The translations under genes and the position numbers were made by a program. The notes below the pieces were generated by a model. It ran no database searches, was not told where the DNA came from, and saw only the letters and a program-made list of their open reading frames with translations. From an uncultured Ruminococcus sp. (lineage in GTDB: Bacteria > Bacillota > Clostridia > Oscillospirales > CAG-272), in assembly GCA_902778725.1 (NCBI GenBank), contig CACYYS010000001.1, positions 12,130 to 76,129 of the forward strand: a DNA stretch of 64,000 nt, written 5' to 3'. Positions 26,533 through 35,189 of the stretch are shown piece by piece; position 1 is the first letter of the stretch; every line of letters starts with the position of its first letter.

Positions 26533-27237
26533 ATGGCAAACATTCTGATCTGTGACGACGAGCCCTCGATCGTCAAGGCGCTGCGCATTTATCTTTCTTC
26601 CGAGGGGTATCGCCTCTTTGAGGCGCCGGACGGCAAAAAAGCGCTGGAGATCCTGCGGCGGGAGGAGATCCATCTTGTGCTGCTGGACATCATGATGCCG
26701 GAGATGGACGGGATCTCGGCGCTTGCGGCTCTGCGCGAGGAGAGCAACGTACCGGTGATCCTGCTGACCGCCAAGAGCGAGGACGCGGACGTGATCCTCG
26801 GGCTGACCGTCGGCGCCGACGACTACGTCACCAAACCCTTCAACCCGGCGGAGCTGATCGCGCGGGTGCGCTCCTGTCTGCGCCGCTATCTGCAGCTTGG
26901 CGGCGGCGGGGAGCGGGAGGGGGTGCTTTCCTGCGGCGGGCTGGAGCTGGACGACCGCTCCAAGCGCGTCACGCTGGACGGGACGCAGCTCTCTCTCACG
27001 CCGACCGAGTACGGGATCCTGAAGCTCCTTCTGGAGCATCCGGGGCGGGTCTTCTCCCCGGAGGAGATCTACCGCCGCGTCTGGGGCGGCGACCCGCTCG
27101 GCGGGGAAAAGACCGTTGCCGTCCATATCCGCAATCTCCGTACCAAGATCGAGATCGACCCCTCCCGGCCCCGGATGCTGAAGGTCGTTTGGGGGCAGGG
27201 CTACAAAATGGAAAAGGAGCCTACCCATGGATCGTGA
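26533..27237 (+). CDS. OmpR-family response regulator
   Basis: MANILICDDEPSIVKAL...LVLLDIMMPEMDG receiver domain plus a winged-helix C-terminus (LTPTEYGILKLLLEHPGRVFS...VWGQGY). AAGGAGG RBS. Confidence 0.9.
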   Translation: MANILICDDEPSIVKALRIYLSSEGYRLFEAPDGKKALEILRREEIHLVLLDIMMPEMDGISALAALREESNVPVILLTAKSEDADVILGLTVGADDYVTKPFNPAELIARVRSCLRRYLQLGGGGEREGVLSCGGLELDDRSKRVTLDGTQLSLTPTEYGILKLLLEHPGRVFSPEEIYRRVWGGDPLGGEKTVAVHIRNLRTKIEIDPSRPRMLKVVWGQGYKMEKEPTHGS

Positions 27238-29128
27238 CCAAGCAAAAAAAGAAAGGAAAGGATATCCCTTTTTCCTCAAAGCCGCGGCGTTTTTCTTTGC
27301 GCTGCTCTTTCTCTTCACCGCGGCGCTCTCAGCGCTGGCCGCCGCCTTCTGCTTTGCGGCGGACCTGTACGGCGAGCCGTCCGCCGACGCGGCGGAGGAG
27401 AAGCTCCTCGCCGAGCTCGGAGAGCGGGACCTCAACCGTGCGATCGAAAACTATCTTGCGGCGTACGGGGCTTCCTCGGTGATGGCTGCCGACGCCCGCA
27501 TCAATCCCCGGCCGGGCAGCCGCCTCGCCTACGCCGTGACCGACGTCCACGGCGGCGTCCTCTCCGGCGACCTGGAGGGGAGGGAAGGGACGGAGCTCGC
27601 CCGCCGGAGCTTCTACGTTACGCTCCCGCGGGGTGCGATGCAGACGCGCTGGATGGTCCTCTTCCTTTTGGACGGACCTGCGATGCTCGATCCGTACGCC
27701 GTGTTCGGCTTCGGCGTGCGCGCGGCGTATACCCTCCGCTACGCCGTCTACGCGATCTTCCTCCTCTCCCTCCTCTTCGCCGTCCTCCTGCATCTCTTCC
27801 TTTTGCGGGCGGCGGGCAGGAGACGTGCGGGTGGGGAGCCGCAGACCGGCTTCTGGCAGCGGATCCCTTTCGATCTCCTCACCGCTGTTGCCGTCCTCGC
27901 CGTTCTTTTTGTTCTCTACGGCGCCTCCCGCCTCCCGCGAAACGCTGAGGCGATCCCCTTCCCGCTCCTGCTTGCGCTCCCGGCCGTGCTTTTCCTCTTT
28001 TTCGCCGCGCTGTGGCTTTTGTGGACGGTCGACCTCGCCCTGCGGATCAAAACGCACACCCTCCTCGCCCGCACGCTCCTTTATCTGATCTTTGTGCGGG
28101 GGATCTGGGGCGGCCTGCACGCGATCGCTCTTGTGCCGCGCACCGTCCTTCTCTTTCTCCTCTTTTCCGCGGCGGAGCTCGTTCTGGTGTGGAAGGAGTT
28201 TTCCTACCGCTCCTACGTCCTGCCCGCGTGGTTTTTCCTGCATTTGATCGCCTTTCTGTATATCCTCTGGTGGGCCGTCTCGATGAAAAAACTGAAACAG
28301 AGCGGGGAGGCGCTCGCCTCGGGCGATCTCTCCTACCGTACGGCCGTTTCCCGGATGCCGCGGGATCTCGCCCGCCACGGAGAAAAGCTCAACAGCATCT
28401 CCGCCGGCGTCGCGGACGCGGTGGAGCGGCAGTTAAAAAGCGAGAGGATGAAGACCGAGCTGATCACCAACGTCTCCCACGATCTGAAAACGCCGCTCAC
28501 CTCCCTCGTCTCCTACGCAGACCTGATCGCCGCCGAACCGACCGAAAATCCGAAGATCACCGAATACGCCGGGGAACTGACCCGTCAGTCCGCCCGGATG
28601 AAAAAACTGATCGAGGATCTCGTCGAGGCGTCAAAGGCGTCCTCCGGCAATCTGGAGGTCGTCCTCGCGCCGACCGACCTGTCCGTCCTGATCGCGCAGA
28701 GCGCCGCCGAGTACGAGGAGCGCTTTGCCGCGCGGGGGCTCTCCCTCCTGGTGCGGGAGCCGGAGGAGCCGCTCTCCGTCCTCGCGGACGGACGGCGCCT
28801 GTGGCGCGTCTTTGACAACCTCCTCGGCAACGCCGCCAAGCACGCGGCGCCGGACTCCCGCGTCTACCTCGACGTGAAGAGAGAGGAGAACTACGCCGTC
28901 CTCACCTTCAAGAACGTCTCGGAGGCGCCGCTGAATATCCCCGCCGAGGAGCTGACCGAACGCTTTGTGCGCGGGGACAGCGCCCGCTCCGGCGAGGGCA
29001 GCGGCCTCGGACTCGCGATCGCCAAAAGCCTCACCGAACTGCAGAACGGCTTTTTCCGCGTCGAGATCGACGGGGACCTCTTCAAAGCCGTCGTCTCCCT
29101 CCCCCTCGCTCTCTACTTTTCTGAATAA
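27227..29128 (+). CDS. Sensor histidine kinase with a multi-TM N-terminal region
   Basis: H-box ELITNVSHDLKTPLTSL, N box DNLLGNAAKHA, G box GSGLGLAIAKSL. Overlaps the regulator gene by 11 nt. Confidence 0.9.
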   Translation: MDRDQAKKERKGYPFFLKAAAFFFALLFLFTAALSALAAAFCFAADLYGEPSADAAEEKLLAELGERDLNRAIENYLAAYGASSVMAADARINPRPGSRLAYAVTDVHGGVLSGDLEGREGTELARRSFYVTLPRGAMQTRWMVLFLLDGPAMLDPYAVFGFGVRAAYTLRYAVYAIFLLSLLFAVLLHLFLLRAAGRRRAGGEPQTGFWQRIPFDLLTAVAVLAVLFVLYGASRLPRNAEAIPFPLLLALPAVLFLFFAALWLLWTVDLALRIKTHTLLARTLLYLIFVRGIWGGLHAIALVPRTVLLFLLFSAAELVLVWKEFSYRSYVLPAWFFLHLIAFLYILWWAVSMKKLKQSGEALASGDLSYRTAVSRMPRDLARHGEKLNSISAGVADAVERQLKSERMKTELITNVSHDLKTPLTSLVSYADLIAAEPTENPKITEYAGELTRQSARMKKLIEDLVEASKASSGNLEVVLAPTDLSVLIAQSAAEYEERFAARGLSLLVREPEEPLSVLADGRRLWRVFDNLLGNAAKHAAPDSRVYLDVKREENYAVLTFKNVSEAPLNIPAEELTERFVRGDSARSGEGSGLGLAIAKSLTELQNGFFRVEIDGDLFKAVVSLPLALYFSE

Positions 29129-29466
29129 AAGCCGTACTTTTCTGAAGACTTCCTTTTCTGAAGAAAAGGAAGCAAAAGACTTTTTGAAGGGGCAGGGAGC
29201 AGAGGGAGCGCGAACACAGACGCTCCTTCCCCAAAAGCCGGGCGATACGGATGCCCGGCTTTTTCCTTTCGCTCGGGTAAGCGCGTTCATATCCTCCCTC
29301 GGGTCAAAAAACGCCCGATACGGCCAGGGCGTTTTTCGGTTTGAGAGTTTTTGCGTAGGCGGCGGGAGATGTTCGATGCCTCTCGCCGCGCGGCGAAGAC
29401 GCGCGCATAAATAATCTCCCGCCGTTTTGTCAAAACAAAAAGCCGCCCATCCTTATGGGCGGCTTT
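29113..29466 (+). repeat. Modular hairpin intergenic repeat, copy B
   Basis: Same module order as copy A, plus the GGCGAAGACGCGCGCATAAATAATCTCCCGCCGTTTTGTCAAAACAAAAAGCCGCCC module also found at 26290-26350. Its first hairpin overlaps the kinase stop codon (29126-29128). Confidence 0.85.
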
Positions 29467-29517
29467 TGCTTAGATCCACCGGGAAAAAGGCGGGGAAGCG
29501 GTCTTCTGTGAGGGACT

Positions 29518-30684
29518 CTAACGGGGAGCTGCCGCGTCGAGCGAATCGCGGAGGCGGGAGAAGAGAAGAGAGCTTTTCTCGCCGGCGGCTTTTTCTGCGG
29601 CGGCTTGGCAGGATCGGCGAAGAGAGGAAAGCTCCTGCTCCCGGAGCTTCCGGTCCCGGGAGGCGGCCCGCGTTAAAACGGAAAGATAGGAGAGGCGCAG
29701 CTCCGGGGAGGGCTCTTTTGCGATCCCTTTTTCGGCAAGTTCCTCAAAGAGAGAAGCAAGGACGGGGGAAAGATCCTCGCGCTCCCAAAGCGCCTGCAAG
29801 CCGTTGAAGTAGGTTTTGACGGCGTTAAACCCCGCCAGATCGCCTCCGTAAGCCATAAGATCGCCGAAAAGCGGATAGTCGAGACAGGTGAGCAGGAGCT
29901 CTTTGGTGGAGAGGCGCGGGAGGACGTCCTCGGGGATCCGGCAGGCAAGCTCGATCTCGCCGTGATCCAGCTGCTTCCAGCGCTCCGGCGTTTTTTGCGG
30001 AGTGACCGGGTACTCGTACCGGCCGTCCGCGGCGCTGTGCGCGAGCGGAGAGACTGCGGTTTTATCCGGCGCGGAGAGCCGTTGAACGAGAGAGAAAAAA
30101 GCAACGGCGTCGTTATGGCTCGCCCGGCTGTCGGCTGCGAGCGCGCGGCAGGAGGAGAGGATTGAAGCAAGGTCGGCGTCGGTGATCTTTCCGTCTTCGG
30201 CCGCCGAGCAGACCAGCGCGGAGAGAAAGCGCGGATACAGTTCTCTCAGACTTTCCTCCTCCGGGCGTTTTTCGGAGAAGAAGTCGGCAAAAAAATCAGC
30301 GAGAGCAGGAGAAAGATCCTCGCGCTCCCAAAGCGCCTGCAAGCCGTTGAAGTAGGTTTTGACGGCGTCAAACCCCGCCAGATCGCCTCCGTAAGCCATA
30401 AGATCGCCGAAAAGCGGATAGTCAAGACAAGTGAGCAGGAGCTCTTTGGTGGAGAGGCGCGGGAGGACGTCCTCGGGGATCTGATTGGCGAGCTCGATCT
30501 CGCCGTGATCCAGCTGCTTCCAGCGCTCCGGCGTCTTTTGCGGAGTGACCGGGTACTCGTATCGGCCGCTCGCAGAAGAAACATCTTTCCGCCCGAGAGA
30601 AAAGGCGCCGACGGCGAGCCCTATGGGGATCAAAAGATCAAAGACGAGGATCAAACAAAAAAGGCGGTTTGTTTTCTCTTTCAC
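29518..30684 (-). CDS. Membrane-anchored protein with an internally duplicated ~88-aa module, function unknown
   Basis: GTG start at 30684. N-terminal TM LFCLILVFDLLIPIGLAVGAF. GRYEYPVTPQKTPERWKQLDHGEIEL...LQALWEREDLSP occurs twice (aa 40-127 and 221-308). Confidence 0.7.
   Translation of the reverse strand: MKEKTNRLFCLILVFDLLIPIGLAVGAFSLGRKDVSSASGRYEYPVTPQKTPERWKQLDHGEIELANQIPEDVLPRLSTKELLLTCLDYPLFGDLMAYGGDLAGFDAVKTYFNGLQALWEREDLSPALADFFADFFSEKRPEEESLRELYPRFLSALVCSAAEDGKITDADLASILSSCRALAADSRASHNDAVAFFSLVQRLSAPDKTAVSPLAHSAADGRYEYPVTPQKTPERWKQLDHGEIELACRIPEDVLPRLSTKELLLTCLDYPLFGDLMAYGGDLAGFNAVKTYFNGLQALWEREDLSPVLASLFEELAEKGIAKEPSPELRLSYLSVLTRAASRDRKLREQELSSLRRSCQAAAEKAAGEKSSLLFSRLRDSLDAAAPR
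29761..30567 (-). repeat. Intragenic direct repeat, two ~264-bp near-identical copies with a 543-bp period
   Basis: 29761-30024 versus 30304-30567. For example CGCCGTGATCCAGCTGCTTCCAGCGCTCCGGCG is present at 29958 and at 30501. Confidence 0.85.
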
Positions 30685-30867
30685 GGCGCGGCTCCTTTCC
30701 GTTTTTGCTTGTTTACAGATCCAGCATAGCAGAAAAAATCGGGTTTTGCAAGTTTCGGGAGAAATCTTTTGTTTTTCTTAAACTTTCTTTAAATAGTTTC
30801 CTGTTTTTTTTTGCTTTCTCCCGCTTGCCACGGAAAAAACGCGATGCTGAGACGCTGCGGGCCGGGG

Positions 30868-30934
30868 GGAGGATATGAACACGCTCCCCCGAGCGAAAGG
30901 AAAAAGCCGCCCAAGCGTACCGGGCGGCTTTTTT
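30868..30934 (-). repeat. Modular hairpin repeat, partial copy C (left flank of the low-GC island)
   Basis: GGAGGATATGAACACGCTCCCCCGAGCGAAAGGAAAAAGCCGCCCAAGCGTACCGGGCGGCTTTT. Near-identical to 33839-33903. Confidence 0.85.
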
Positions 30935-30990
30935 GCAATGGATAGTGCGTTCGCAGCAAGACAAACAGAAGAAGAAAAAGAGAAAGCGAG

Positions 30991-32124
30991 TTACTGGTTA
31001 TTTCCTTTTGATTCATAATACTTAATCGCGGTTTTGGTTTTCCTTATTTTGGCTATCATGATTGATATGATGGTTGCTGAAACTATAATTCCAAAAATGG
31101 CGAGTAATAAAAACCAATTTTCGAGAGATTTTGTTTCTATATACGCGCCGAGAAGGATAACGGACAAATACATAAGGAATAAACCGCCGGCAAGGCCCCA
31201 TTTTAAATTGGTTTTCTTTGTTTTTAGATTGTTGATTGTTTGCTTGGAAATTATGGCTTCTTCAGAATCATAAAAATCTTTTATAGTTGCGTTTTCAGTT
31301 TTCAGAAGCGGTGCCAGCAGTTTTTTATCGTTTTCCCAAATGGAAGAATTGTCAAAGTTACCAAAGTATCGGAATTTAAAAAACTCGATAAAGGAAGCAA
31401 AAAAACTCTCCGGAGCTTCGTGATAGCTCGTTATTTGCAAGGCAGAGAAGCGATCTATCACTTTATCAGCGAGAAATCGGATCGCCCCTTGCATATTCGC
31501 GTTTGCAGTAGACAGTTCCGTTTTTGACTGGATGGAATACCCGATCGAATCCAATATGCTGTTGCTATATTCTATATTCTGCTGCAACTGAGTTTTTTCC
31601 AAATCGGTCACTTTCTCTATGCGTGCCTGGTAGTTTTCCTGAAGCATATCGCGAATCTTTGAAAAAGCCTCTGCGGAGAATGCAAAGAATTCTGCAGTCT
31701 CTCCTGCCTGCTCGTGCATTGCTTTGAAAGCGTCATCAAAGTATACTATGGTATTATCCAGCGGTTTTCGAGTTGAATCTTTTTGTTTTCCAAGAGACAG
31801 ACCGGCGTAAAGCAGAGCCTTGCTGTTTTGCGGGTCGGCATTCAGAATATCAACAAAAATATCGTATGCTTTCTCTCCGTCTCCGCGTTCGTAAAGCCTT
31901 TTTGCATTAGCGAATTTGTTGTCAATTTCACTCAAATGATCGATTTTTACCGGTCCTTTTATTTCCCCATCCCAAAGCAAAAGATTTTTCGCTTCTTCAG
32001 TGGAATACTTTGTTCCGCAGAAGTCGCATATAAAAAAACCGTTCTCCTTTGTTAAAGAAGAATTACCGCACATTTCGCACTTCAAGGAACCATTGTTTTC
32101 TCCTTCTTTGTTGAAAAAACTCAC
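30991..32124 (-). CDS. Zinc-ribbon / TPR-like / C-terminal 2-TM protein (377 aa), function unknown
   Basis: LKCEMCGNSS...FICDFCGTKY ribbon. AKRLYERGDGEKAYDIFVDILNADPQNSKALLYAGLSL is TPR-like. C-terminal TMs WGLAGGLFLMYLSVILLGAYI and WFLLLAIFGIIVSATIISIMIA. Sampled line is 37% GC. GTG start with no clear RBS. Confidence 0.65.
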   Translation of the reverse strand: MSFFNKEGENNGSLKCEMCGNSSLTKENGFFICDFCGTKYSTEEAKNLLLWDGEIKGPVKIDHLSEIDNKFANAKRLYERGDGEKAYDIFVDILNADPQNSKALLYAGLSLGKQKDSTRKPLDNTIVYFDDAFKAMHEQAGETAEFFAFSAEAFSKIRDMLQENYQARIEKVTDLEKTQLQQNIEYSNSILDSIGYSIQSKTELSTANANMQGAIRFLADKVIDRFSALQITSYHEAPESFFASFIEFFKFRYFGNFDNSSIWENDKKLLAPLLKTENATIKDFYDSEEAIISKQTINNLKTKKTNLKWGLAGGLFLMYLSVILLGAYIETKSLENWFLLLAIFGIIVSATIISIMIAKIRKTKTAIKYYESKGNNQ

Positions 32125-32142
32125 TTTTTTACAAGATAAGAT

Positions 32143-33255
32143 TCATTCGCCCTTAATTTCGTCCAAAAGTTTCCCGATTTTGATTTTTCCCGAATAAGCA
32201 AGCGCGTTTCTGCAATCGTCAAGTCGGTATTTTTCACCGGAGTAATAATCATCCGGTTTGATATAGACCCAGCATTCGTCTTTCCAGATTTCGGAATGGA
32301 CTTCTTCCAGCTTTTCGCATCTTAAATACAGGTTTTTATCGACGCAGACCCATGCGACCGTTTTTGGGTTTTCCCCTTTTGTCCCGATGAATAGCAAGAC
32401 GTGATTGCCCGCTTTTTGTATCACCTCTTGCTCCGGGGTATCAACGAAGATGTATTTGCTTGTGTCAAAATCCAAAAAACGCCGCAAATATGCTTTTTGG
32501 ATGGCTTTTTGGATACTTCCGTTCTTGTCTCCGTTCAGATCCAGCAAGGAGACCAGCGCGCACAGATTATCTGTTACGGCAAAGGTTTTATCCAAGCCAA
32601 TGGCTTCCATGACGGCTTTCTCTTCTTTGCTCGTTTTGCACATTTCGTTCAGCACCTCCTGATATTGCTCGAGGATTCTTTTAAGACCGGGGTCGATATG
32701 TTCGAGCTCGGCTACTTTTTTCAGCCAAAGGGAAATGTGTTTTTCGAAGGAAAGAAGGACAATACACTTTTTATCAAGTCGATTGCCAACGCTTTGCAGA
32801 GAAGGCATCCAGCCAGTCGGGGTGAGGTAGTAAATCTTTTTGTCGGTATACTTTTTTGTTTCAAAGTAATAATGGTAATAGTCCGCTAATTGGACGTTTT
32901 GATCGCCGGCCCATATTTTTACTTCAATGGGATAAACGTGTTCGTCGTTGCGGATTACAATATCAACACGTCGATTGTCTGTTATCACCTCTTCCAAAGT
33001 TACCGTGGCGGTCGGGGAAGGGGATGTATCAAGCCCCAGAACATACCAAAAGAACAGGCAAAGGGGAGCAAGTCCGAGTCCGTGTTTTCCGTTTGGAGAG
33101 AGAAGTGAGGCGATAAAACGGCAGGTGTGCACTTCTTTCCATTCTATTTGTAGCGCCTGAAAGATGTTGTAAGAGGAAGCGCTTTTTTGCGGTGTTTTCG
33201 TCAGCCTTTGTGTGACGGAAATATCATACAGAAGCGACTTTATTTTGTTTAGCAT
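32143..33255 (-). CDS. PD-(D/E)xK nuclease superfamily protein (PDDEXK_4-like), 370 aa
   Basis: YNIFQALQIEWKEVHTCRFIASLLSPNGKHGLG and RRVDIVIRNDEHVYPIEVKIWAGDQ (D...E-x-K core). The ATG at 33255 is preferred because the upstream ATG at 33330 lies inside the -10 box of the predicted promoter. Confidence 0.7.
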   Translation of the reverse strand: MLNKIKSLLYDISVTQRLTKTPQKSASSYNIFQALQIEWKEVHTCRFIASLLSPNGKHGLGLAPLCLFFWYVLGLDTSPSPTATVTLEEVITDNRRVDIVIRNDEHVYPIEVKIWAGDQNVQLADYYHYYFETKKYTDKKIYYLTPTGWMPSLQSVGNRLDKKCIVLLSFEKHISLWLKKVAELEHIDPGLKRILEQYQEVLNEMCKTSKEEKAVMEAIGLDKTFAVTDNLCALVSLLDLNGDKNGSIQKAIQKAYLRRFLDFDTSKYIFVDTPEQEVIQKAGNHVLLFIGTKGENPKTVAWVCVDKNLYLRCEKLEEVHSEIWKDECWVYIKPDDYYSGEKYRLDDCRNALAYSGKIKIGKLLDEIKGE

Positions 33256-33328
33256 ATCCTGCTTTTCTCCGCATTTGTTTTTTTGTCTGCAGATTGCGGT
33301 TTTGTTGTGTTCAAATGAGATCTTTTTC

Positions 33329-33357
33329 ATTATATCTGTATTACAGATAAAAGTCAA
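33329..33357 (-). promoter_or_regulatory. Promoter of the nuclease operon with an embedded palindromic operator
   Basis: Minus strand reads TTGACT (33352-33357), 17 nt, TATAAT (33329-33334). The spacer contains the palindrome TATCTGTAtTACAGATA (33333-33349). A third half-site TACAGATAT is at 33367-33375. Confidence 0.6.
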
Positions 33358-33406
33358 TATCTTTTTTACAGATATTCTAAAATAAAACAAAAAGGAGGCG
33401 AGGTAT

Positions 33407-33622
33407 ATGGTTTTCAAAAATCTCCGGGCGATCCGGGAGGATCGCGACCTCCGGCAGGCGGATCTGGCAAAGGTGCTGAACGTCTCGCAGAACACCTATT
33501 CGCAATATGAAAACGGTGTGATCTCGCTGACGGCGGAAACGTTGATCAAGCTTGCTCGGTTTTACGGGGTCAGCGTGGATTATCTGCTCGATCAGACGTC
33601 GGATCCGACCCCCTATCGCTGA
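33407..33622 (+). CDS. XRE-family HTH transcriptional regulator (71 aa)
   Basis: LRQADLAKVLNVSQNTYSQYENGVISLTAETLIKLARFYGVSVDYLL. AAGGAGG RBS. Divergent from the nuclease gene. Confidence 0.9.
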   Translation: MVFKNLRAIREDRDLRQADLAKVLNVSQNTYSQYENGVISLTAETLIKLARFYGVSVDYLLDQTSDPTPYR

Positions 33623-33689
33623 AAGCCGGCCTGTACGCGGGTCGGCTTTTTCTTTTAAAAAAAACGGCAGGAGCAAGTTCAATGTCGCA

Positions 33690-33987
33690 CATCGGATGCG
33701 GCGGGAGGTAAACCCCCGCCCTACAGCAGATCGGACGGAAAAGGCTTTCCTCTCGGGGGAGGCTGACAGGACTCCTTCCGCCGAGGGGCGCTCAAACCGA
33801 AAAACGCCCTGGCCGTATCGGGCGTTTTTCGACCCTCGGGAGGATATGAACACGCTCCCCCGAGCGAAAGGAAAAAGCCGCCCATCCGTACCGGGCGGCT
33901 TTTGGGGGAGGAGCTTCTTTGAATGCGCTTTTTCTTTTCCCTGCCCCTTCAAAAAGTCTTTTGCTTCCTTTTCTTCAGAAAAGGAAG
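33690..33987 (-). repeat. Modular hairpin intergenic repeat, copy D (right flank of the low-GC island)
   Basis: Reverse-orientation copy of the copy A/B modules. The last hairpin CTTCCTTTTCttcaGAAAAGGAAG (33964-33987) abuts the pyrR stop codon. Confidence 0.85.
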
Positions 33988-34536
33988 TCATTCCAGGATC
34001 GAGACTTTTTCCTCGCCGTCGCGTTCGGCGAGGCGGACGGAGATCTGTTCGCTGTGGCGGGTGGGGACGTTTTTGCCGACGTAATCGGGGCGGATGGGCA
34101 GTTCCCGGAGTCCGCGGTCGATGAGGACGGCGAGCTGGACGGAGTCGGGTCTCCCCTTATCAAAGAGCGCGTCGATGGCGGCGCGGGCGGTCCGGCCGGT
34201 ATAGATGACGTCGTCGACGAGGACGACGTGGAGCCCGTCGGGGGAGAAGGGGAGGTCGGTGCCGGATAGGGTAGGCTGAGGGGAGCGTCTGGAGAGGTCG
34301 TCCCGGTAGAAGGTGATGTCGAGGGTGCCGAAGAGGGGGCGGACGCCCTCGATGGCTTCCACGCGGTCGCAGATGCGGCGGGCGAGGTCGGCGCCCCGGC
34401 GCTGGATGCCGACGACGGCGACGCGGTCGACCCCTTTGTTGCGCTCGAGGATCTCGTGGGAGATACGGGTGACGGAGCGGCCGATGGCGGCCTCGTCCAT
34501 GATCACGGCTTTTTCTCTGCGGTTGTTTTGCTGCAT
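33988..34536 (-). CDS. pyrR: Bifunctional pyr operon regulator / uracil phosphoribosyltransferase PyrR
   Basis: ORF trimmed to the ATG at 34536 (MQQNNRREKAVIMDEAAI). ISHEILERNKG...VVGIQRRGADLA...LDITFYRDD...VVLVDDVIYTGRTARAA (PRPP motif). Confidence 0.9.
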   Translation of the reverse strand: MQQNNRREKAVIMDEAAIGRSVTRISHEILERNKGVDRVAVVGIQRRGADLARRICDRVEAIEGVRPLFGTLDITFYRDDLSRRSPQPTLSGTDLPFSPDGLHVVLVDDVIYTGRTARAAIDALFDKGRPDSVQLAVLIDRGLRELPIRPDYVGKNVPTRHSEQISVRLAERDGEEKVSILE

Positions 34537-34547
34537 GGCGCGTCCTC

Positions 34548-35189
34548 TCAGGCGTTTTCCCCGTCCGGCTCCCGGCGGTTTGCGATCATCACGCCGGCGT
34601 AGGGGAGGGTGAGGATCCAGTCGCAGAAGATGTGCCACTCGGGGAGCTTGTGGGCGCGGCGGGCGTAATAGATATTGGAGAGATTTTCGTAATTGAGGGT
34701 GACGGTGCGGAGCTGGTTGAAGCTGGAGGGCAGGAGCTGGATCAGCTCGTGCCAGAGGGCGCGGTCCTTCGTCTCGTTATATTTCTGCCGGACCTCCTCG
34801 AGATAGGCGAGGAGCGAGTCGAGCTGCGCGAGGCCGGCGGGGGAGAGCCGGTCGCAGGAGAACATCTCACGGGAGAAGGGGTAGGACTGGATCTTGTGCA
34901 TGGTGCTGGTGGAGTTGGCGACGGTGCCGACCTTGTAGGTATCGAACTCCTTCCACCAGTAGAGGGGCGCGGTGATATCGACGGAGACGAAGATCTGGCG
35001 GATGAATTTGCGATGGTCGGTGCCGGCGGAGCAGAGGCGGGCGGCGAGGGAGAGATCGTTTTCTCCGAGGACGTACTCGCCTTTTTCATTGTAGGCGCTG
35101 TCGCTTTTTGCCCAGGAGTTGAGGGGATTGCGCGCGCCGCGCATCGCGTTCTCAAGGTTCATCACGGAGGTGCGTTCGATCAGGATCAT
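34548..35189 (-). CDS. ThyX-fold (flavin-dependent thymidylate synthase-like) protein lacking the RHR / SxRY motifs
   Basis: DHRKFIRQIFVSVDITAPLYWWKEFDTYKVGTVANSTSTMH aligns by eye with ThyX [39 protein letters not shown]. RHR is replaced by TYK and S-x-RY by S-T-MH. ATGA overlap with the AraC stop. Confidence 0.55.
   Translation of the reverse strand: MILIERTSVMNLENAMRGARNPLNSWAKSDSAYNEKGEYVLGENDLSLAARLCSAGTDHRKFIRQIFVSVDITAPLYWWKEFDTYKVGTVANSTSTMHKIQSYPFSREMFSCDRLSPAGLAQLDSLLAYLEEVRQKYNETKDRALWHELIQLLPSSFNQLRTVTLNYENLSNIYYARRAHKLPEWHIFCDWILTLPYAGVMIANRREPDGENA

Noticed and set aside
25871-26548. 225-aa ORF (with overlapping 154-aa and 380-aa ORFs) across the 25.8-26.5 kb intergenic block
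   Set aside because: It runs through several terminator-like hairpin repeat modules, has no RBS, and its sequence conservation with other copies is at the DNA level in both orientations. It is therefore repeat DNA rather than coding sequence.
25781-33987. CRISPR array or IS element as an explanation for the repeated sequences
   Set aside because: The repeats are not regularly spaced with unique spacers. They occur in both orientations at scattered intergenic sites. No cas gene, transposase or integrase ORF is present in the window.
33377-33991. 204-aa minus-strand ORF
   Set aside because: It is antisense to the well-supported XRE gene and otherwise composed of repeat-module sequence.
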